Position numbers and translations under genes: made by a program. A DNA stretch of 59,374 nt, counting the filler. It is 5 parts of 5 records of this genome, joined end to end, with 100 filler letters (N's around TTAATTAATTAA, not from the genome) between each part and the next. Parts side by side here need not be neighbours in the genome. Positions count along the whole stretch, not along the records: positions 23,984 to 53,749 come from SRR22947727_3936; 4 more parts are not named here. One strand, given 5' to 3'. The notes under the pieces were generated by a model, which saw nothing but the letters and a program-made list of their open reading frames with translations, did no database searches and had not been told where the DNA came from. Positions 38,589-50,057 of this stretch are shown piece by piece. Each line of letters opens with the position of its first letter. The stretch's first letter is position 1.

Positions 38589-39251
38589 CTATACTTTCAT
38601 TATTTGAGAAATGAGGCCCGGCAACTCAGACACCGTATGGGCAATATGCGTACAACCAGAAAGCTGATGCGCCTCGTGATATCCCCATGTCACACCAATC
38701 GTGTGCATACCCGCTGCGCGCGCCATATCTCTATCATAACTGGTATCCCCAATCATCACGGCACGGCGCGCCTCAATTCCGGTCTCCAATAGAGCCTGAT
38801 GCAACATGCTCGGATGCGGTTTTGAGGGGTGCTCATCTGCAGTTTGCGTGGTGAGGAAATAAGAGTGCAATCCGCCTGCCTCGAGCAAGGCGTTCAAGCC
38901 ACGGCGCGAATTTCCCGTTGCCACCCCCAAGATAAACCGCGGATCCTGGTGAAACTGCCGCAAAAGGGGTAGGATCCCCGCATAAAAGCCCGGATCTGGT
39001 CGGTCTGCGCGCTGCCCGGCAAAATACTCTTTAAACGCTTTTTCTGCCAAATCACGTTCCCCATGATCGACCTGCGGCACCAAGCGGTAAAACACCTCTG
39101 ACAGCGAAAGCCCGACGCAAGACAAAACATCTTGGCGCGGCGGCATTGGACGCCTGAGCTTGGAAAAGGCGTGGGCCATCGCACCGATAATATGCGCTTG
39201 GCTATCCACAAGCGTGCCATCGACATCCAAAACAATCAAAAACGGCGCCAA
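38589..39251 (-). CDS. HAD-IA hydrolase (phosphoglycolate phosphatase-like)
   Basis: DVDGTLVDS, KPHP, MIGDTSYD. Confidence 0.92.
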   Translation of the reverse strand: MAPFLIVLDVDGTLVDSQAHIIGAMAHAFSKLRRPMPPRQDVLSCVGLSLSEVFYRLVPQVDHGERDLAEKAFKEYFAGQRADRPDPGFYAGILPLLRQFHQDPRFILGVATGNSRRGLNALLEAGGLHSYFLTTQTADEHPSKPHPSMLHQALLETGIEARRAVMIGDTSYDRDMARAAGMHTIGVTWGYHEAHQLSGCTHIAHTVSELPGLISQIMKV

Positions 39252-39254
39252 ACC

Positions 39255-40304
39255 CTACCCCACAAAATCTTCAAACGGATCGTCTTCGATATCATGCGTG
39301 TCCCATTGAAACGTATCCCACGTGCGCTGCATATGTTCGCTTAACTCAGCCGTAAAACTGATTGGTTTTTTATGAACAGGGTGTTCAATGCGCAAAAAGC
39401 GCGCGTGCAGATGCAGCTTACGGCTGATATCGCCGCCCAATTGAGCACCCCAGCCATCGCCTAAATTATCCTGGCTAGATCCTCCATATTTTCCATCGCC
39501 AATAATGGGATGGCCGATTTCCGCCATATGCGCTCGCAATTGATGCGTGCGGCCGGTGATTGGTGCCAAAGCCACCCATGCGCCGCGTTTGGCTAAAGCA
39601 CTGAGGACACGATAATCGGTTAAAGCGCGTTTCGCGCCTTCAACAGAAGCCACATCACGTGGATGAACACAGTGCATTTTTTCGCCCGCACCTTTGGCGC
39701 CATGACCCATAGATTTCACTAATCCATATTTGATAGTGCCCGATTTGGGCGCAGGCACTCCGGCCACTGCCGCCCAGTAAATTTTACGCGTCTCACGATG
39801 TCGAAACGCTTCCGTTAACGCGCTGGCAGCCGCGCGATGACGCGCCAGAACCAAAATGCCCGAGGTATCCTTATCTAAGCGATGCACCAAGCGTGGCTTC
39901 TCATCATGGCCAAAGCGCAACGCATCGGCCAACCCATCCACGTGGCGAGTTTGTTTGCTTCCCCCTTGCGTGGCCAGCCCCGGTGGTTTGTTCAACACGA
40001 TGATATGATCATCTTTATACAGAACAGCATTTTGTATCATCCGAGCATCTTGCGGGCTCACGCTGCGCGCAACCACGGCCCTCGGCTTCAAATCACTATC
40101 GGTTAGGGGAGGGATGCGGATCTCTTGGCCGGCCGCGATACGCGTCGAGGCTTTGCAGCGCTTACCATCAACGCGCAGCTCCCCTTTTCGGCACATCTGT
40201 TCGATGCGTGCTTGCCCCAATTGCGGAAAGCAATGGCGCAACCAGCGATCTAACCTTTGATCAACGCTGCCTTCCTCAACCGTTAGTTTTTGTACTCCGC
40301 TCAT
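39255..40304 (-). CDS. RluA-family pseudouridine synthase with S4 domain
   Basis: HRLDKDTSG, GRTHQLR, HPIIGD. Start at MSGVQ overlaps the crcB stop. Confidence 0.94.
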   Translation of the reverse strand: MSGVQKLTVEEGSVDQRLDRWLRHCFPQLGQARIEQMCRKGELRVDGKRCKASTRIAAGQEIRIPPLTDSDLKPRAVVARSVSPQDARMIQNAVLYKDDHIIVLNKPPGLATQGGSKQTRHVDGLADALRFGHDEKPRLVHRLDKDTSGILVLARHRAAASALTEAFRHRETRKIYWAAVAGVPAPKSGTIKYGLVKSMGHGAKGAGEKMHCVHPRDVASVEGAKRALTDYRVLSALAKRGAWVALAPITGRTHQLRAHMAEIGHPIIGDGKYGGSSQDNLGDGWGAQLGGDISRKLHLHARFLRIEHPVHKKPISFTAELSEHMQRTWDTFQWDTHDIEDDPFEDFVG

Positions 40305-40666
40305 GCCGATACCGCTCGCATTGCTATAAACCCAAGAAAAACCGCCGCCAAAGCGCCTAGAACGCTGCCACATAGATAGGCAAGCGCAAATCCGAACCGC
40401 CCCATATCCAAAAGCTTCAGCAAATCCAACGAAAACGCGGAAAACGTGGTGAAGCCTCCAAAAATGCCCGCCATCAAAAACAGGGGTGCGATCTCACTCA
40501 ACCGACCGGCGAAATAGGCAAAGGCCAGCCCCATCAAGAACGATCCGATCACGTTCACGCTCAGCGTGCCATAGGGAAACGCCACCATCTGCACCAAACA
40601 AAAACGCAAAAGCGCGCCAATGCCGCCGCCACAAGCCACAAGAAGATAAACCATAGTCGTGCTCAT
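40301..40666 (-). CDS. crcB: Fluoride channel Fluc
   Basis: GGGIGALLR, GTLSVNVIGS, GGFTTFSAF. Confidence 0.95.
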   Translation of the reverse strand: MSTTMVYLLVACGGGIGALLRFCLVQMVAFPYGTLSVNVIGSFLMGLAFAYFAGRLSEIAPLFLMAGIFGGFTTFSAFSLDLLKLLDMGRFGFALAYLCGSVLGALAAVFLGFIAMRAVSA

Positions 40667-40702
40667 CCGCTCTGCTCGCGCCAATGTCAAGCCAAAGCCG
40701 GA

Positions 40703-42013
40703 TCACCGATCATCACGCCGACGCGCTCTTAATTTATCAAAATAAGCAATACGCTTTATCAGATCGCGTTCAAACCCCCGCTCAACCGGTTCATAAAACC
40801 GCAGCCGTCCAAATCCTTCTGGAAAATAATCCTGCCCAGAGAACCCATCAGGAGCGTCATGATCATAAGCATACTCGGCGCCATAGCCTTGATCTTTCAT
40901 CAACCCCGTCGGGGCGTTCAAAATATGCTTTGGAGGGGGCAGCGATCCGCCGCGCGAGGCGGCGCGGCGGGCGGCTTTATAAGCGCTATAAATCGCGTTC
41001 GATTTAGGCGCCAACGCCAGATAAGCCACCGCTTGCGCAAGCGCCAGCTCACCTTCCGGGCTGCCCAATCGCTCGTAACTTTGCCAGGCCTCAAGGCAGA
41101 TCCGTTGCGCATCCGGATCTGCCAAACCAATATCTTCGATCGCCATTCGCAATATGCGCCGCCCCAGATAACGTGGGTTCTCGCCCCCCTCGAGCATGCG
41201 TGCCAGCCAATATAACGCCGCATCCGGATCAGAGCCGCGCACGGATTTGTGCAAAGCGGAAATCAAATTATAATGGCCATCGCCCGATTTATCATATTGC
41301 GAAGCGCGTCGGCTAAGACGCTTTGCCAAACCTTCTGCGCTGACCTGCGCCGCATCCGGCCATGACAACGTTTGTTCGACCAAGTTTAACAACATCCGGC
41401 CATCCCCATCGGCCATCGTAATCAACAACTCTTTCGCCTCAAAGGTTAAAGGCAAGTCACGGTTCAAAACCGCCTCAGCCCGCACCATCAATTGCATCAG
41501 ATCAGAATCCGCCAAGCGCGTCAGCACCAACACTTGCGCGCGCGATAAAAGCGCTGCGTTCAGCTCAAACGACGGGTTCTCGGTACTGGCCCCCACCAAT
41601 AAAATTGAGCCATCTTCAATATAGGGTAAAAACCCATCTTGCTGCGCACGGTTAAACCGATGGATCTCATCCACAAATAATAAAGTTCCGCGACCATTTT
41701 TATGCCGCAAACGCGCCGCTTCAAAACATTTTTTCAAATCTGCAACGCCCGAAAAAATCGCGCTGATTTGTTCAAAGAAAAGATCCGTATGATCGGCCAA
41801 CAACCGGGCTAATGTGGTTTTTCCCACGCCAGGCGGCCCCCAGAAAATTACCGACGTCAACTGTCCGGAGGCAAGCATCGCCCCCAAGGGTGCATCCGGC
41901 GCCAATAACTGCGCCTGCCCAATCACCTCATCAACGGTTTTTGGGCGTAATCGCTCAGCCAAAGGAACCGGCCCCTGCGCCGCATCTGCATCGCTGGAAA
42001 AAAGGTCGCTCAT
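40703..42013 (-). CDS. rarA: Replication-associated recombination protein A
   Basis: PLAERLRP, GPPGVGKTT, DEIHRF, SALHKSVRGSD, APKSN. Confidence 0.96.
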   Translation of the reverse strand: MSDLFSSDADAAQGPVPLAERLRPKTVDEVIGQAQLLAPDAPLGAMLASGQLTSVIFWGPPGVGKTTLARLLADHTDLFFEQISAIFSGVADLKKCFEAARLRHKNGRGTLLFVDEIHRFNRAQQDGFLPYIEDGSILLVGASTENPSFELNAALLSRAQVLVLTRLADSDLMQLMVRAEAVLNRDLPLTFEAKELLITMADGDGRMLLNLVEQTLSWPDAAQVSAEGLAKRLSRRASQYDKSGDGHYNLISALHKSVRGSDPDAALYWLARMLEGGENPRYLGRRILRMAIEDIGLADPDAQRICLEAWQSYERLGSPEGELALAQAVAYLALAPKSNAIYSAYKAARRAASRGGSLPPPKHILNAPTGLMKDQGYGAEYAYDHDAPDGFSGQDYFPEGFGRLRFYEPVERGFERDLIKRIAYFDKLRARRRDDR

Positions 42014-43398
42014 AACCGAAACCGCAACGCCAAGCGCCGCGCTCCGCGCAGAACAACGATTTCACCCCGGCCATTGGCCGCTCTTAATCTTCGGTCAATA
42101 TCTTGAAGCTGTTCCAGCGGCTCTCCGTTCACCGCAAGGATCACATCACCAACCCGCAATCCAATCCGCGCGCCCAATGGCCCAGTGTCTAAAATAACAA
42201 AGCCAAAGCTGGTCCAGCTTAATTTATAACGCTCTTGAATAGCAGGATTTATCGTGCTGATTCTAAGCCCTGATAAAATACTGTTTCCAGACAACACAGT
42301 TTCAATCGCTGGCGGGATATTTGGCGCGGCGGATAATTCAACCGTGATCACACGGGCACGACCGTCGCGTAGGCGCGTTATTTCAGCAAATGCGCCTAAG
42401 CCTGTTACGGACAATCGATAAAGCATCTCTTCTGGTGTGGTCACTGCAGCACCATTCACATCCTTGACAATATCACCAATCTGAAACCCTGCTGCGCGAA
42501 ATGGGCTTTGCGGATGTAACTCGGTCAGTAAAATACCTTCATAGGGGCGCAAGCCAAGCGTATCGCTGATATCCGAGGTGAGTGTTTGGGCCTTTAATCC
42601 CGCCCAAGGCCGCTGAAACGATGACGCGCCAGCTCGTGCTTGCGCCACAAATTGTTCAACCAAACTGGCCGGGATTGCAAAGCCGATACCGTTTGAACCA
42701 CCTGAGCGCGTTAGTATCGAGGTGTTAATGCCGATGAGACGCCCCTGCATATCAACCAAGGCTCCACCAGAGTTTCCTGGATTAATGGGCGCATCTGTTT
42801 GGATAAAATAACCGCGCTGATTGCCAATGGCTGCGCCCGAGCGTGCCAATCCAGAAATAATCCCGCTACTGACTGTTTGGCCCACGCCGAACGGATTTCC
42901 AATCGCCAGCGCCAATTCACCAACCTCAACCGTTTCACTTTCTCGCAGCGTCAAAAACGGCAAAACTGGCGCTGCAAGCAATTGCAAAACGGCCAAATCC
43001 GCGTCTTCGTCGCTTAACAAAACCTGCGCCTGATATTCACGCCGGTCCTGCAAAACCACGCGGATTGAAGTTGCTTGGGCCACAACGTGATAATTCGATA
43101 CGATCAAACCATCGCTCGACACCAACACACCAGATCCCAAGGAGTTTTCAATTCGAGGCCGCTGCGCACCAAAGTTTTGAAAAAAATTGCCAAAAAAGGG
43201 ATCATCTGCAAACGGGCTGTGCGCGCGCCTATCCACCTGACGCTGCGCATAAATATTCACCACAGCCGGCGCGGCAGATTTCACCAATGGCACAAAGCTA
43301 AAGGTCATGTCTGCGCGCGATTGAGGCACCCTGTCACCCGCAGTCAGGGGCAGCGCCACCCCGATCGCAAAGAGCCAAAGTAAAATCGCAAAACGCAT
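42010..43398 (-). CDS. HtrA/DegQ-family periplasmic serine protease with two PDZ domains
   Basis: Signal peptide from MRFAILL, SNYHVV, DLAVL, GNSGG. Confidence 0.93.
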   Translation of the reverse strand: MRFAILLWLFAIGVALPLTAGDRVPQSRADMTFSFVPLVKSAAPAVVNIYAQRQVDRRAHSPFADDPFFGNFFQNFGAQRPRIENSLGSGVLVSSDGLIVSNYHVVAQATSIRVVLQDRREYQAQVLLSDEDADLAVLQLLAAPVLPFLTLRESETVEVGELALAIGNPFGVGQTVSSGIISGLARSGAAIGNQRGYFIQTDAPINPGNSGGALVDMQGRLIGINTSILTRSGGSNGIGFAIPASLVEQFVAQARAGASSFQRPWAGLKAQTLTSDISDTLGLRPYEGILLTELHPQSPFRAAGFQIGDIVKDVNGAAVTTPEEMLYRLSVTGLGAFAEITRLRDGRARVITVELSAAPNIPPAIETVLSGNSILSGLRISTINPAIQERYKLSWTSFGFVILDTGPLGARIGLRVGDVILAVNGEPLEQLQDIDRRLRAANGRGEIVVLRGARRLALRFRL

Positions 43399-43479
43399 TT
43401 TTGAACCTTTTAAACAGCCGGCCCTGAAGATATGCGCAAGCGCCAAGGAATTTACAAGATATCTTCTGAAAAACAAAAA

Positions 43480-43501
43480 CCCCCGGCCAATAGACCGGGG
43501 G
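43480..43501 (-). terminator. Terminator after rplQ
   Basis: CCCCCGG..CCGGGGG stem followed by a T-rich run on the minus strand. Confidence 0.6.
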
Positions 43502-43528
43502 CAATTCATGTTCTCAATCGCGCGACGT

Positions 43529-43948
43529 TTAGTCCTGAGCGGCTTCCTCGGCGGCAACGCGGGCTTTGTCCGCCGCGCCTTTTGCATCGACATCACGATC
43601 TACAAATTCGATAATTGCCATTGGGGCCATATCGCCATAGCGAAAGCCAGCTTTCATAATCCGAACATAGCCGCCTTGGCGCTCTTTGTAGCGCGGGCCT
43701 AAAATATCAAAAAGCTTGGTGACATATTGGTCTTCTTTCAACTGCGCGGCAGCTTGACGGCGCGCGTGCAGATCACCCCGTTTGCCCAATGTGATCAATT
43801 TTTCAACGATCGGACGCAGTTCTTTAGCTTTTGGAACCGTGGTTTTGATCTGCTCATGTTCAATAAGCGATCCTGCCATATTCGCCCAAAGCGCTTTACG
43901 GTGTTCGTGAGTCCGGTTTAACCGGCGGTAACCTTTTGCATGACGCAT
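43529..43948 (-). CDS. rplQ: 50S ribosomal protein L17
   Basis: MRH..RRLNR..HRKAL, IKTT.PKAKE, GGYVRI. Confidence 0.98.
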   Translation of the reverse strand: MRHAKGYRRLNRTHEHRKALWANMAGSLIEHEQIKTTVPKAKELRPIVEKLITLGKRGDLHARRQAAAQLKEDQYVTKLFDILGPRYKERQGGYVRIMKAGFRYGDMAPMAIIEFVDRDVDAKGAADKARVAAEEAAQD

Positions 43949-44077
43949 GTTTCATCTCCTATATTTTTGCTTTGTCTGGCAGCCGATGCGTGTCAGCCAC
44001 TCTCCTTGGGGCAGATGCCCTGCTTTCCCCGCACAAAGCGGGCATTTAAAAGGGCGGGCGCGACACCCGCCCTATTC

Positions 44078-45094
44078 TTAAAAATTATCTTCGAATTTCT
44101 TTGCCAGATCTTCGATATTATCCGGTGGCCAATCTTCGACATCCATCCCAAGATGCAAGCCCATACCAGACAGCACTTCTTTAATCTCGTTCAGCGATTT
44201 GCGGCCGAAATTAGGCGTCCGCAACATCTCGGCTTCCGTCTTCTGGATCAGATCACCGATGTAAACGATGTTATCATTTTTCAAGCAATTTGCCGAGCGC
44301 ACCGACAATTCAAGCTCATCCACTTTCTTCAACAGCAGCGGGTTAAACTCAAGACTGTCTTCATCTTCATTGCGACCTGCGGATTCTGGTTCATCAAAAT
44401 TCACGAAGATCGACAATTGATCCTGCATAATACGCGCAGCATAGGCCACCGCATCATCCGGCGTCAAAGAGCCATCTGTTTCAACTTTTAAGGTCAATTT
44501 ATCATAATCAAGCACTTGGCCCTCACGGGTTGGCTGCACATCATATGATACTTTTTTGATCGGCGAATAAATCGCATCAATTGGGATAAGGCCGATCGGT
44601 GCATCTTCCATTTTATTTTTATCCGCAGAGACATAGCCTTTGCCGGTGTTCACCGTCAGCTCCATAAACAAGTCTGCCCCATCATCTAAATGACAGATCA
44701 CATGCGACTTGTTCAAGATTTCGATACCTGCGCTGTCAGAAATATCGGCAGCGGTGACTACACCGGGGCCTTTTGCACTGATCGACAGGCGCTTGGGCCC
44801 TTCAACTTCCATCTTCAAGGCCACGCCTTTGAGGTTCAACACGATATCGGTTACGTCTTCGCGCACACCGGCAACCGAAGAAAACTCATGCAGCACGTTA
44901 TCGATTTGTACGCTTGAAATCGCAGCACCTTGCAGCGAGCTCATCAAAACACGGCGCAACGCGTTGCCCAATGTCAATCCAAAACCGCGTTCCAATGGTT
45001 CTGCAACCACTGTGGCCACGCGCGCCGGATCGTTTCCTGGTTTAATCTCTAATTGTGCGGGTTTGATTAATTCAGCCCAATTTTTATGGATCAT
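44078..45094 (-). CDS. rpoA: RNA polymerase alpha subunit
   Basis: [33 protein letters not shown]. Confidence 0.99.
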   Translation of the reverse strand: MIHKNWAELIKPAQLEIKPGNDPARVATVVAEPLERGFGLTLGNALRRVLMSSLQGAAISSVQIDNVLHEFSSVAGVREDVTDIVLNLKGVALKMEVEGPKRLSISAKGPGVVTAADISDSAGIEILNKSHVICHLDDGADLFMELTVNTGKGYVSADKNKMEDAPIGLIPIDAIYSPIKKVSYDVQPTREGQVLDYDKLTLKVETDGSLTPDDAVAYAARIMQDQLSIFVNFDEPESAGRNEDEDSLEFNPLLLKKVDELELSVRSANCLKNDNIVYIGDLIQKTEAEMLRTPNFGRKSLNEIKEVLSGMGLHLGMDVEDWPPDNIEDLAKKFEDNF

Positions 45095-45207
45095 GCGTCC
45101 CTCCATTCTTGCAACTGCCCCATGACCAAATAGCCAGTCGCGCCCGAGGTTAAAATCACGAAGAGAGGGCTGCCTGCGGGCACCCCTCTTTCAAACTTAG
45201 CGCGGGT

Positions 45208-45600
45208 TTATACCCGGCGGCGCTTTGGTGGGCGACAGCCGTTATGGGCCATCGGTGTCACATCGCGAATGGATGTGATGTTAAACCCAACGGCGCCCAA
45301 AGCACGCAAAGCGCTTTCTCGGCCAGAGCCGGGCCCTTGCACTTCGACCTCAAGCGTTTTCACGCCATGATCCTGTGCTTTGCGCCCTGCATCTTCAGCG
45401 GCCATCTGCGCTGCATATGGTGTTGACTTGCGCGAACCTTTAAAGCCCATCGTACCAGCCGAAGACCACGCGATCGCGTTACCTTGCACGTCAGAAATGA
45501 GGATTTTAGTATTGTTAAATGAAGAGTTCACATGCGCAACACCGGCTGCGATATTCTTGGAAACCTTCTTCTTGCCTGCACGGCGAGTATCTCGTGCCAT
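45208..45600 (-). CDS. rpsK: 30S ribosomal protein S11
   Basis: [29 protein letters not shown]. Confidence 0.99.
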   Translation of the reverse strand: MARDTRRAGKKKVSKNIAAGVAHVNSSFNNTKILISDVQGNAIAWSSAGTMGFKGSRKSTPYAAQMAAEDAGRKAQDHGVKTLEVEVQGPGSGRESALRALGAVGFNITSIRDVTPMAHNGCRPPKRRRV

Positions 45601-45615
45601 AATCTGTGCCCTTTC

Positions 45616-45984
45616 CTATTTCTTCTTGCCAGCGATGGCTTTGGCAGGGCCCTTCCGGGTGCGTGCATTGGTATGCGTACGCTGTCCACGAACCGGCAGG
45701 TTACGGCGATGGCGTAGACCACGATAACAACCAAGATCCATCAAACGTTTGATGTTCATCTGTGTTTCGCGGCGCAGATCGCCTTCAACCGAATAACTGG
45801 CGTCAATGTGCTCGCGCACTGACAGTACTTCGGAATCGCTTAATTCATTTACGCGACGCGTTTCATCAATCTTGACAGCTTCGCAAATGGCTTTGGCCGA
45901 AGATAGGCCAATTCCGGTGATATAGGTAAGGGCGACTGGAACCCGCTTATGCGTCGGGATGTTTACGCCGGCGATACGTGCCAC
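45616..45984 (-). CDS. rpsM: 30S ribosomal protein S13
   Basis: GTG start [21 protein letters not shown]. Confidence 0.98.
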   Translation of the reverse strand: MARIAGVNIPTHKRVPVALTYITGIGLSSAKAICEAVKIDETRRVNELSDSEVLSVREHIDASYSVEGDLRRETQMNIKRLMDLGCYRGLRHRRNLPVRGQRTHTNARTRKGPAKAIAGKKK

Positions 45985-46177
45985 GTTATATTTCCTTTTC
46001 GTTGCGGTTCCGTAATCCCGGAACCTTTTTTCACAACGTCCGATTACCCAACTTGGCCGGGATCGAAGCTGTCTCAGGTAATCTTGCACATAGAAACGTT
46101 TATCCGCAAAACTCGTTCAGTTCAGAAGTGTCAGCCAGTAAGAGGATTCAAAGACCCCGTCAAGCCCAAACCTTTGA

Positions 46178-46819
46178 TCAATTCAAGATGTTGGCGATTT
46201 CAGATTGCACCTTATCAATGCTGGCAAGACCATCCACCGATACGAGCTTATCATGGGCAAAATAATATCCAAGAAGAGGCGATGTCTTCTTGTAATATTC
46301 CATCAAACGTTGACGCAGGCTTTCCGCGTTATCATCCGCGCGGCGGCTAAACTCGGTGCCGGCACAATTGACACATTTTCCATCGGCAGGCTGAGGTTTG
46401 GTGATGTCGTGATACACTTCACCGCATGACGCGCACGTAGAGCGCCCCGTGATACGCGCCACAAGAGCCACATCATCCACTTTCATCTCAATAACCGATG
46501 CTAATGATTGGCCACATTCTTTCAACAGTACATCCAGCGCCACCGCCTGCCCCAACGTCCGGGGGAACCCGTCAAAAATAAAACCGCCGGCATTTGGCTC
46601 TGACAGTTTTTCACGGATCAAACCGATCACAATGTCATCCGTGACCAAATCCCCGCGCGCCATCACCTCTGCCACTTTTAGGCCCATCTCGCTGCCACTG
46701 CTTTTGGCATCGCGCAACATATCACCAGTCGATAGCTGTACCATGTCACGGGTGTCAACGAGATGTCGCGCCTGCGTTCCTTTTCCGGCGCCGGGCGGGC
46801 CTAACAGAATAATGTTCAT
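46178..46819 (-). CDS. adk: Adenylate kinase (Zn-binding LID)
   Basis: [25 protein letters not shown]. Confidence 0.98.
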   Translation of the reverse strand: MNIILLGPPGAGKGTQARHLVDTRDMVQLSTGDMLRDAKSSGSEMGLKVAEVMARGDLVTDDIVIGLIREKLSEPNAGGFIFDGFPRTLGQAVALDVLLKECGQSLASVIEMKVDDVALVARITGRSTCASCGEVYHDITKPQPADGKCVNCAGTEFSRRADDNAESLRQRLMEYYKKTSPLLGYYFAHDKLVSVDGLASIDKVQSEIANILN

Positions 46820-48177
46820 CGACGTGCAGGTCCTTTTTTCCGACGCGCCTTTCCTTTACCACGCAATTGCGATTTCTGGATAAGGCTTTCATACTGATGT
46901 GCAAGCAAATGCGATTGAACTTGCTGAATCGTATCCATTGTCACCGACACCACGATCAAAACCGAGGTTCCACCAAAATAAAACGGAATGGCAAGTTGGC
47001 CGCGCAGAATCTCAGGTAAAAGGCACACCGCTGCAAGATAAGCTGACCCCAAGACCAGCACGCGGTTCACCACATATTCAAGATGCTCAGCGGTTTTTTG
47101 CCCTGGGCGAATACCGGGAATAAAGCCGTTCTGGTTCTTTAGATTATCGGCCACATCGTCCGGCTTGAAGGACACATTGAACGTGTAGAAATACGCAAAA
47201 AACACGATCATAGCTGTGAAAAAGGCCAGATAAAGTGGCTGGCCGGGGCCAAAATATGCCAAAATGGTCGACATAACTGGGCCGGTTTGCGACCCCGAAA
47301 ACGTACTGACAGTGGTGGGCAAAAGCAGCAATGAACTGGCAAAAATCGCCGGGATCACGCCGGCCGGGTTCACTTTTACAGGCAGGTGCGAATTCTGACC
47401 TTCCATCACCTTCATGCCAACTTGGCGCCGCGGATATTGGATGATGATTTTGCGCAGAGCCCGCTCCATAAACACCACGAAGGCGATTGTCGCGATCACC
47501 ATCACAACCACACCAATAATAACCGCTGGGCTGATCGCGCCAGAGCGCCCAGAGGCAAAGAATTGCGCCAAAGCAGAGGGAATTTCGGCAATGATGCCGA
47601 CGAAAATGATCAGCGAAATCCCATTTCCAATGCCACGGGCTGTGATTTGTTCGCCCAGCCACATCAAAAACATCGTACCGCCCACCAGCGTGATCAGGCA
47701 AGACACGCGGAAAAACATCCCAGGATCGGTAACCAAATCACCTGCTTCCAAGCTGGCCGCCAAGCCATAGGCTTGCAACGTGGCTAGAAAAACGGTTCCG
47801 TAGCGCGTATATTGGTTGATTTTCTTGCGGCCTTGTTCGCCCTCTTTTTTAAGCTGCTCAAGCTGCGGCACCATCGAAGTCATCAGCTGAACAATAATAG
47901 AGGCCGAAATATAGGGCATGATACCAAGGGCAAAAATACCCATCCGACCAAGCGCGCCGCCCGTGAACATGGTGAGCATGCCACCGATGCCGCCCTGCGC
48001 CTGCTCCATAAATTCGCGCAACGCGGCGCCATCAATGCCTGGAACGGGAATAAACGTACCAAGGCGGTAAACCACCAACAGGCCCAAGGTAAATAGAATT
48101 CTGTTCCGCAGATCGGTCGCCTTACCCAAGGCGGCCCAACTGGTGTTTGCGGCCATTTGCTCTACTGCGGATACCAT
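46816..48177 (-). CDS. secY: Preprotein translocase SecY
   Basis: [42 protein letters not shown]. Confidence 0.99.
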   Translation of the reverse strand: MVSAVEQMAANTSWAALGKATDLRNRILFTLGLLVVYRLGTFIPVPGIDGAALREFMEQAQGGIGGMLTMFTGGALGRMGIFALGIMPYISASIIVQLMTSMVPQLEQLKKEGEQGRKKINQYTRYGTVFLATLQAYGLAASLEAGDLVTDPGMFFRVSCLITLVGGTMFLMWLGEQITARGIGNGISLIIFVGIIAEIPSALAQFFASGRSGAISPAVIIGVVVMVIATIAFVVFMERALRKIIIQYPRRQVGMKVMEGQNSHLPVKVNPAGVIPAIFASSLLLLPTTVSTFSGSQTGPVMSTILAYFGPGQPLYLAFFTAMIVFFAYFYTFNVSFKPDDVADNLKNQNGFIPGIRPGQKTAEHLEYVVNRVLVLGSAYLAAVCLLPEILRGQLAIPFYFGGTSVLIVVSVTMDTIQQVQSHLLAHQYESLIQKSQLRGKGKARRKKGPARR

Positions 48178-48287
48178 TTCTATCTCTCTTTATAGCAAAC
48201 GCCGCCAAGAGCGTTTTCCGGCTCGTTGGCGGCGTTATGGAAAACTTCAACCTCTATGTAAGCAGCCCTAAGCGGCTTCACAAGATG

Positions 48288-48767
48288 TTATTCTTTAGTT
48301 GCGGCCACTGGCGCTGCAATTGTCAGGCTGCCACCCGCTTTTTCAACCGCTGCAATGGCAGATTTTGACGCGCCTGTCACGGTAAGCTTCACTTTTGAGG
48401 TCAGCTCGCCCTTTGACAAAATGCGAATTCCGTCCAATTTGCGGCGCACCAAGCCAGACAAGACCAAAGCATCTTCCGACATATCGGCTTTCGCATCTAA
48501 TTTACCGGCTTCAATAAATTTCTGGATCAAACCAAGGTTTACAACGGCAAATTTCTTACGGTTCGGCTTGCTGAAGCCGCGCTTTGGCAAACGTTGATAC
48601 AAAGGCATCTGGCCGCCTTCATACCCGTTAATCGACACACCTGAGCGTGATTTCTGGCCTTTGATACCACGTCCGGCAGTTTTACCCTTGCCAGATCCTG
48701 GACCTCGCGCCACACGTTTCTTCTTGCGTGTTGCACCTTCATTATCGTGTAATTCGTGTAATTTCAT
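48288..48767 (-). CDS. rplO: 50S ribosomal protein L15
   Basis: Start at [27 protein letters not shown]. Confidence 0.98.
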   Translation of the reverse strand: MKLHELHDNEGATRKKKRVARGPGSGKGKTAGRGIKGQKSRSGVSINGYEGGQMPLYQRLPKRGFSKPNRKKFAVVNLGLIQKFIEAGKLDAKADMSEDALVLSGLVRRKLDGIRILSKGELTSKVKLTVTGASKSAIAAVEKAGGSLTIAAPVAATKE

Positions 48768-48861
48768 GTCGCTTCCCCTTTGCCGGAACTGCCCTTCGAG
48801 CGACCAAAGGGGCAAACACGGCGTTGCAATTGATTCTGTGCCCTCGAAAGGCCACCGGAGG

Positions 48862-48890
48862 CGTATAGACTCAGACCCCCCTTCATGCAA
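48862..48890 (-). promoter_or_regulatory. Internal promoter for rplO-secY-adk
   Basis: TTGCAT-N17-TATACG on the minus strand within the 500-bp rpmD-rplO gap. Confidence 0.5.
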
Positions 48891-49210
48891 GCCCCAGAGC
48901 ACCCAGCATTCAAATCATACTGCCACGAAGCCTTTCGCCGCCTGAAAAGCCTCTGCAGCGCCTTATTTGGACGCTGCCAAACCAAGTCCAACAAAAGTCT
49001 ATAGTTCATGCAAGCAACTTGAATAAGGGTCTAACGCGCCCAATTTCTTTGAACGGCACAAGCGCGTGGCAAATGAAAAAACGCGCGTCGTGCAAGCTTA
49101 CTGGACGGTTAAGCTGGTCAACCGAATATCAGGAGATTCGCCGCGCTCTCAAGAAAAGATCACCGCGGCACACGCCAAACCCGCCACTTTATATCTATGT
49201 CCGCAGAATA

Positions 49211-49239
49211 AAACGCCCCGGGAAGATCCCGAGGCGTTT
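49211..49239 (-). terminator. Terminator after rpmD
   Basis: AAACGCCTCGGGA..TCCCGGGGCGTTTT stem-loop. Confidence 0.65.
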
Positions 49240-49266
49240 CTAGTTTCACTTTTAGAAGGGCGCGAT

Positions 49267-49458
49267 TTAGTTATCGCGTTCTTCGATAATCTCAACCATG
49301 TGCGAGATTTTATTCACCATACCGCGTACCGCCGGGGTATCTTCCAGCTCACGGGTTTTGTGCATTTTGTTGAGGCCCAGACCAATCAGCGTTTGACGCT
49401 GCTTTGCAGGGCGGCGGATCGGAGACCCGGTTTGTTTTACAACAATTGTTTTCGCCAT
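49267..49458 (-). CDS. rpmD: 50S ribosomal protein L30
   Basis: SPI..Q..TL.GLGL.K..RGMV.K. Confidence 0.97.
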   Translation of the reverse strand: MAKTIVVKQTGSPIRRPAKQRQTLIGLGLNKMHKTRELEDTPAVRGMVNKISHMVEIIEERDN

Positions 49459-49469
49459 TCTTCTGGTCC

Positions 49470-50045
49470 TTAAGCTTCTGCGGTTTCAACCGCGCCGGCT
49501 GCTGCCGCGGGCTCATCGCGTTTCAGGATATCAGCAACCTTCTTACCGCGGCGTTGCGCCACCATACGAGGGCTCGATTCATTCACCAGACCGTCAATTG
49601 TTGCACGGATCATGTTATATGGATTTGACGATCCAACTGATTTTGCAACAACATCCTGTACACCAAGCATTTCAAACACGGCGCGCATAGGACCACCGGC
49701 AATGATACCAGTACCCGTTGCGGCGGTGCGCATCACAACTTTACCAGCGCCATGACGGCCCTGTACGTCGTGATGCAAGGTGCGGCCTTCGCGCAATGGA
49801 ATGCGCACCATCTGACGTTTGGCTTGCTCGGTTGCTTTGCGGATGGCTTCAGGAACTTCCTTTGCCTTCCCCTTGCCATAGCCCACACGGCCCTTTTGGT
49901 CGCCAACAACCACCAATGCGGCAAAGCCGAAGCGTTTCCCACCTTTAACGGTTTTTGACACCCGGTTGATCGAAACGAGACGATCGGCGAACTCAGGCGC
50001 TTCATCACGATCGCGACGGCCCCGGTTGTTTTGTTCTCTAGCCAT
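49470..50045 (-). CDS. rpsE: 30S ribosomal protein S5
   Basis: [23 protein letters not shown]. Confidence 0.99.
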   Translation of the reverse strand: MAREQNNRGRRDRDEAPEFADRLVSINRVSKTVKGGKRFGFAALVVVGDQKGRVGYGKGKAKEVPEAIRKATEQAKRQMVRIPLREGRTLHHDVQGRHGAGKVVMRTAATGTGIIAGGPMRAVFEMLGVQDVVAKSVGSSNPYNMIRATIDGLVNESSPRMVAQRRGKKVADILKRDEPAAAAGAVETAEA

Positions 50046-50057
50046 ATCTTCGTCTCC

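Noticed and set aside
40667-40702. Fluoride riboswitch upstream of crcB
   Set aside because: The intergenic space is only 36 nt and no riboswitch consensus is visible.
43399-43596. N-terminal extension of the HtrA ORF (similarly rluA, rpsM, rplO and yidC)
   Set aside because: These are longest-ORF artefacts that overlap neighbouring genes, terminators or leaders; better downstream starts exist.
48764-49473. Small ORFs in the rpmD-rplO gap
   Set aside because: They overlap the terminator, promoter and leader, or lie antisense to rpmD, and have no protein-like motifs.
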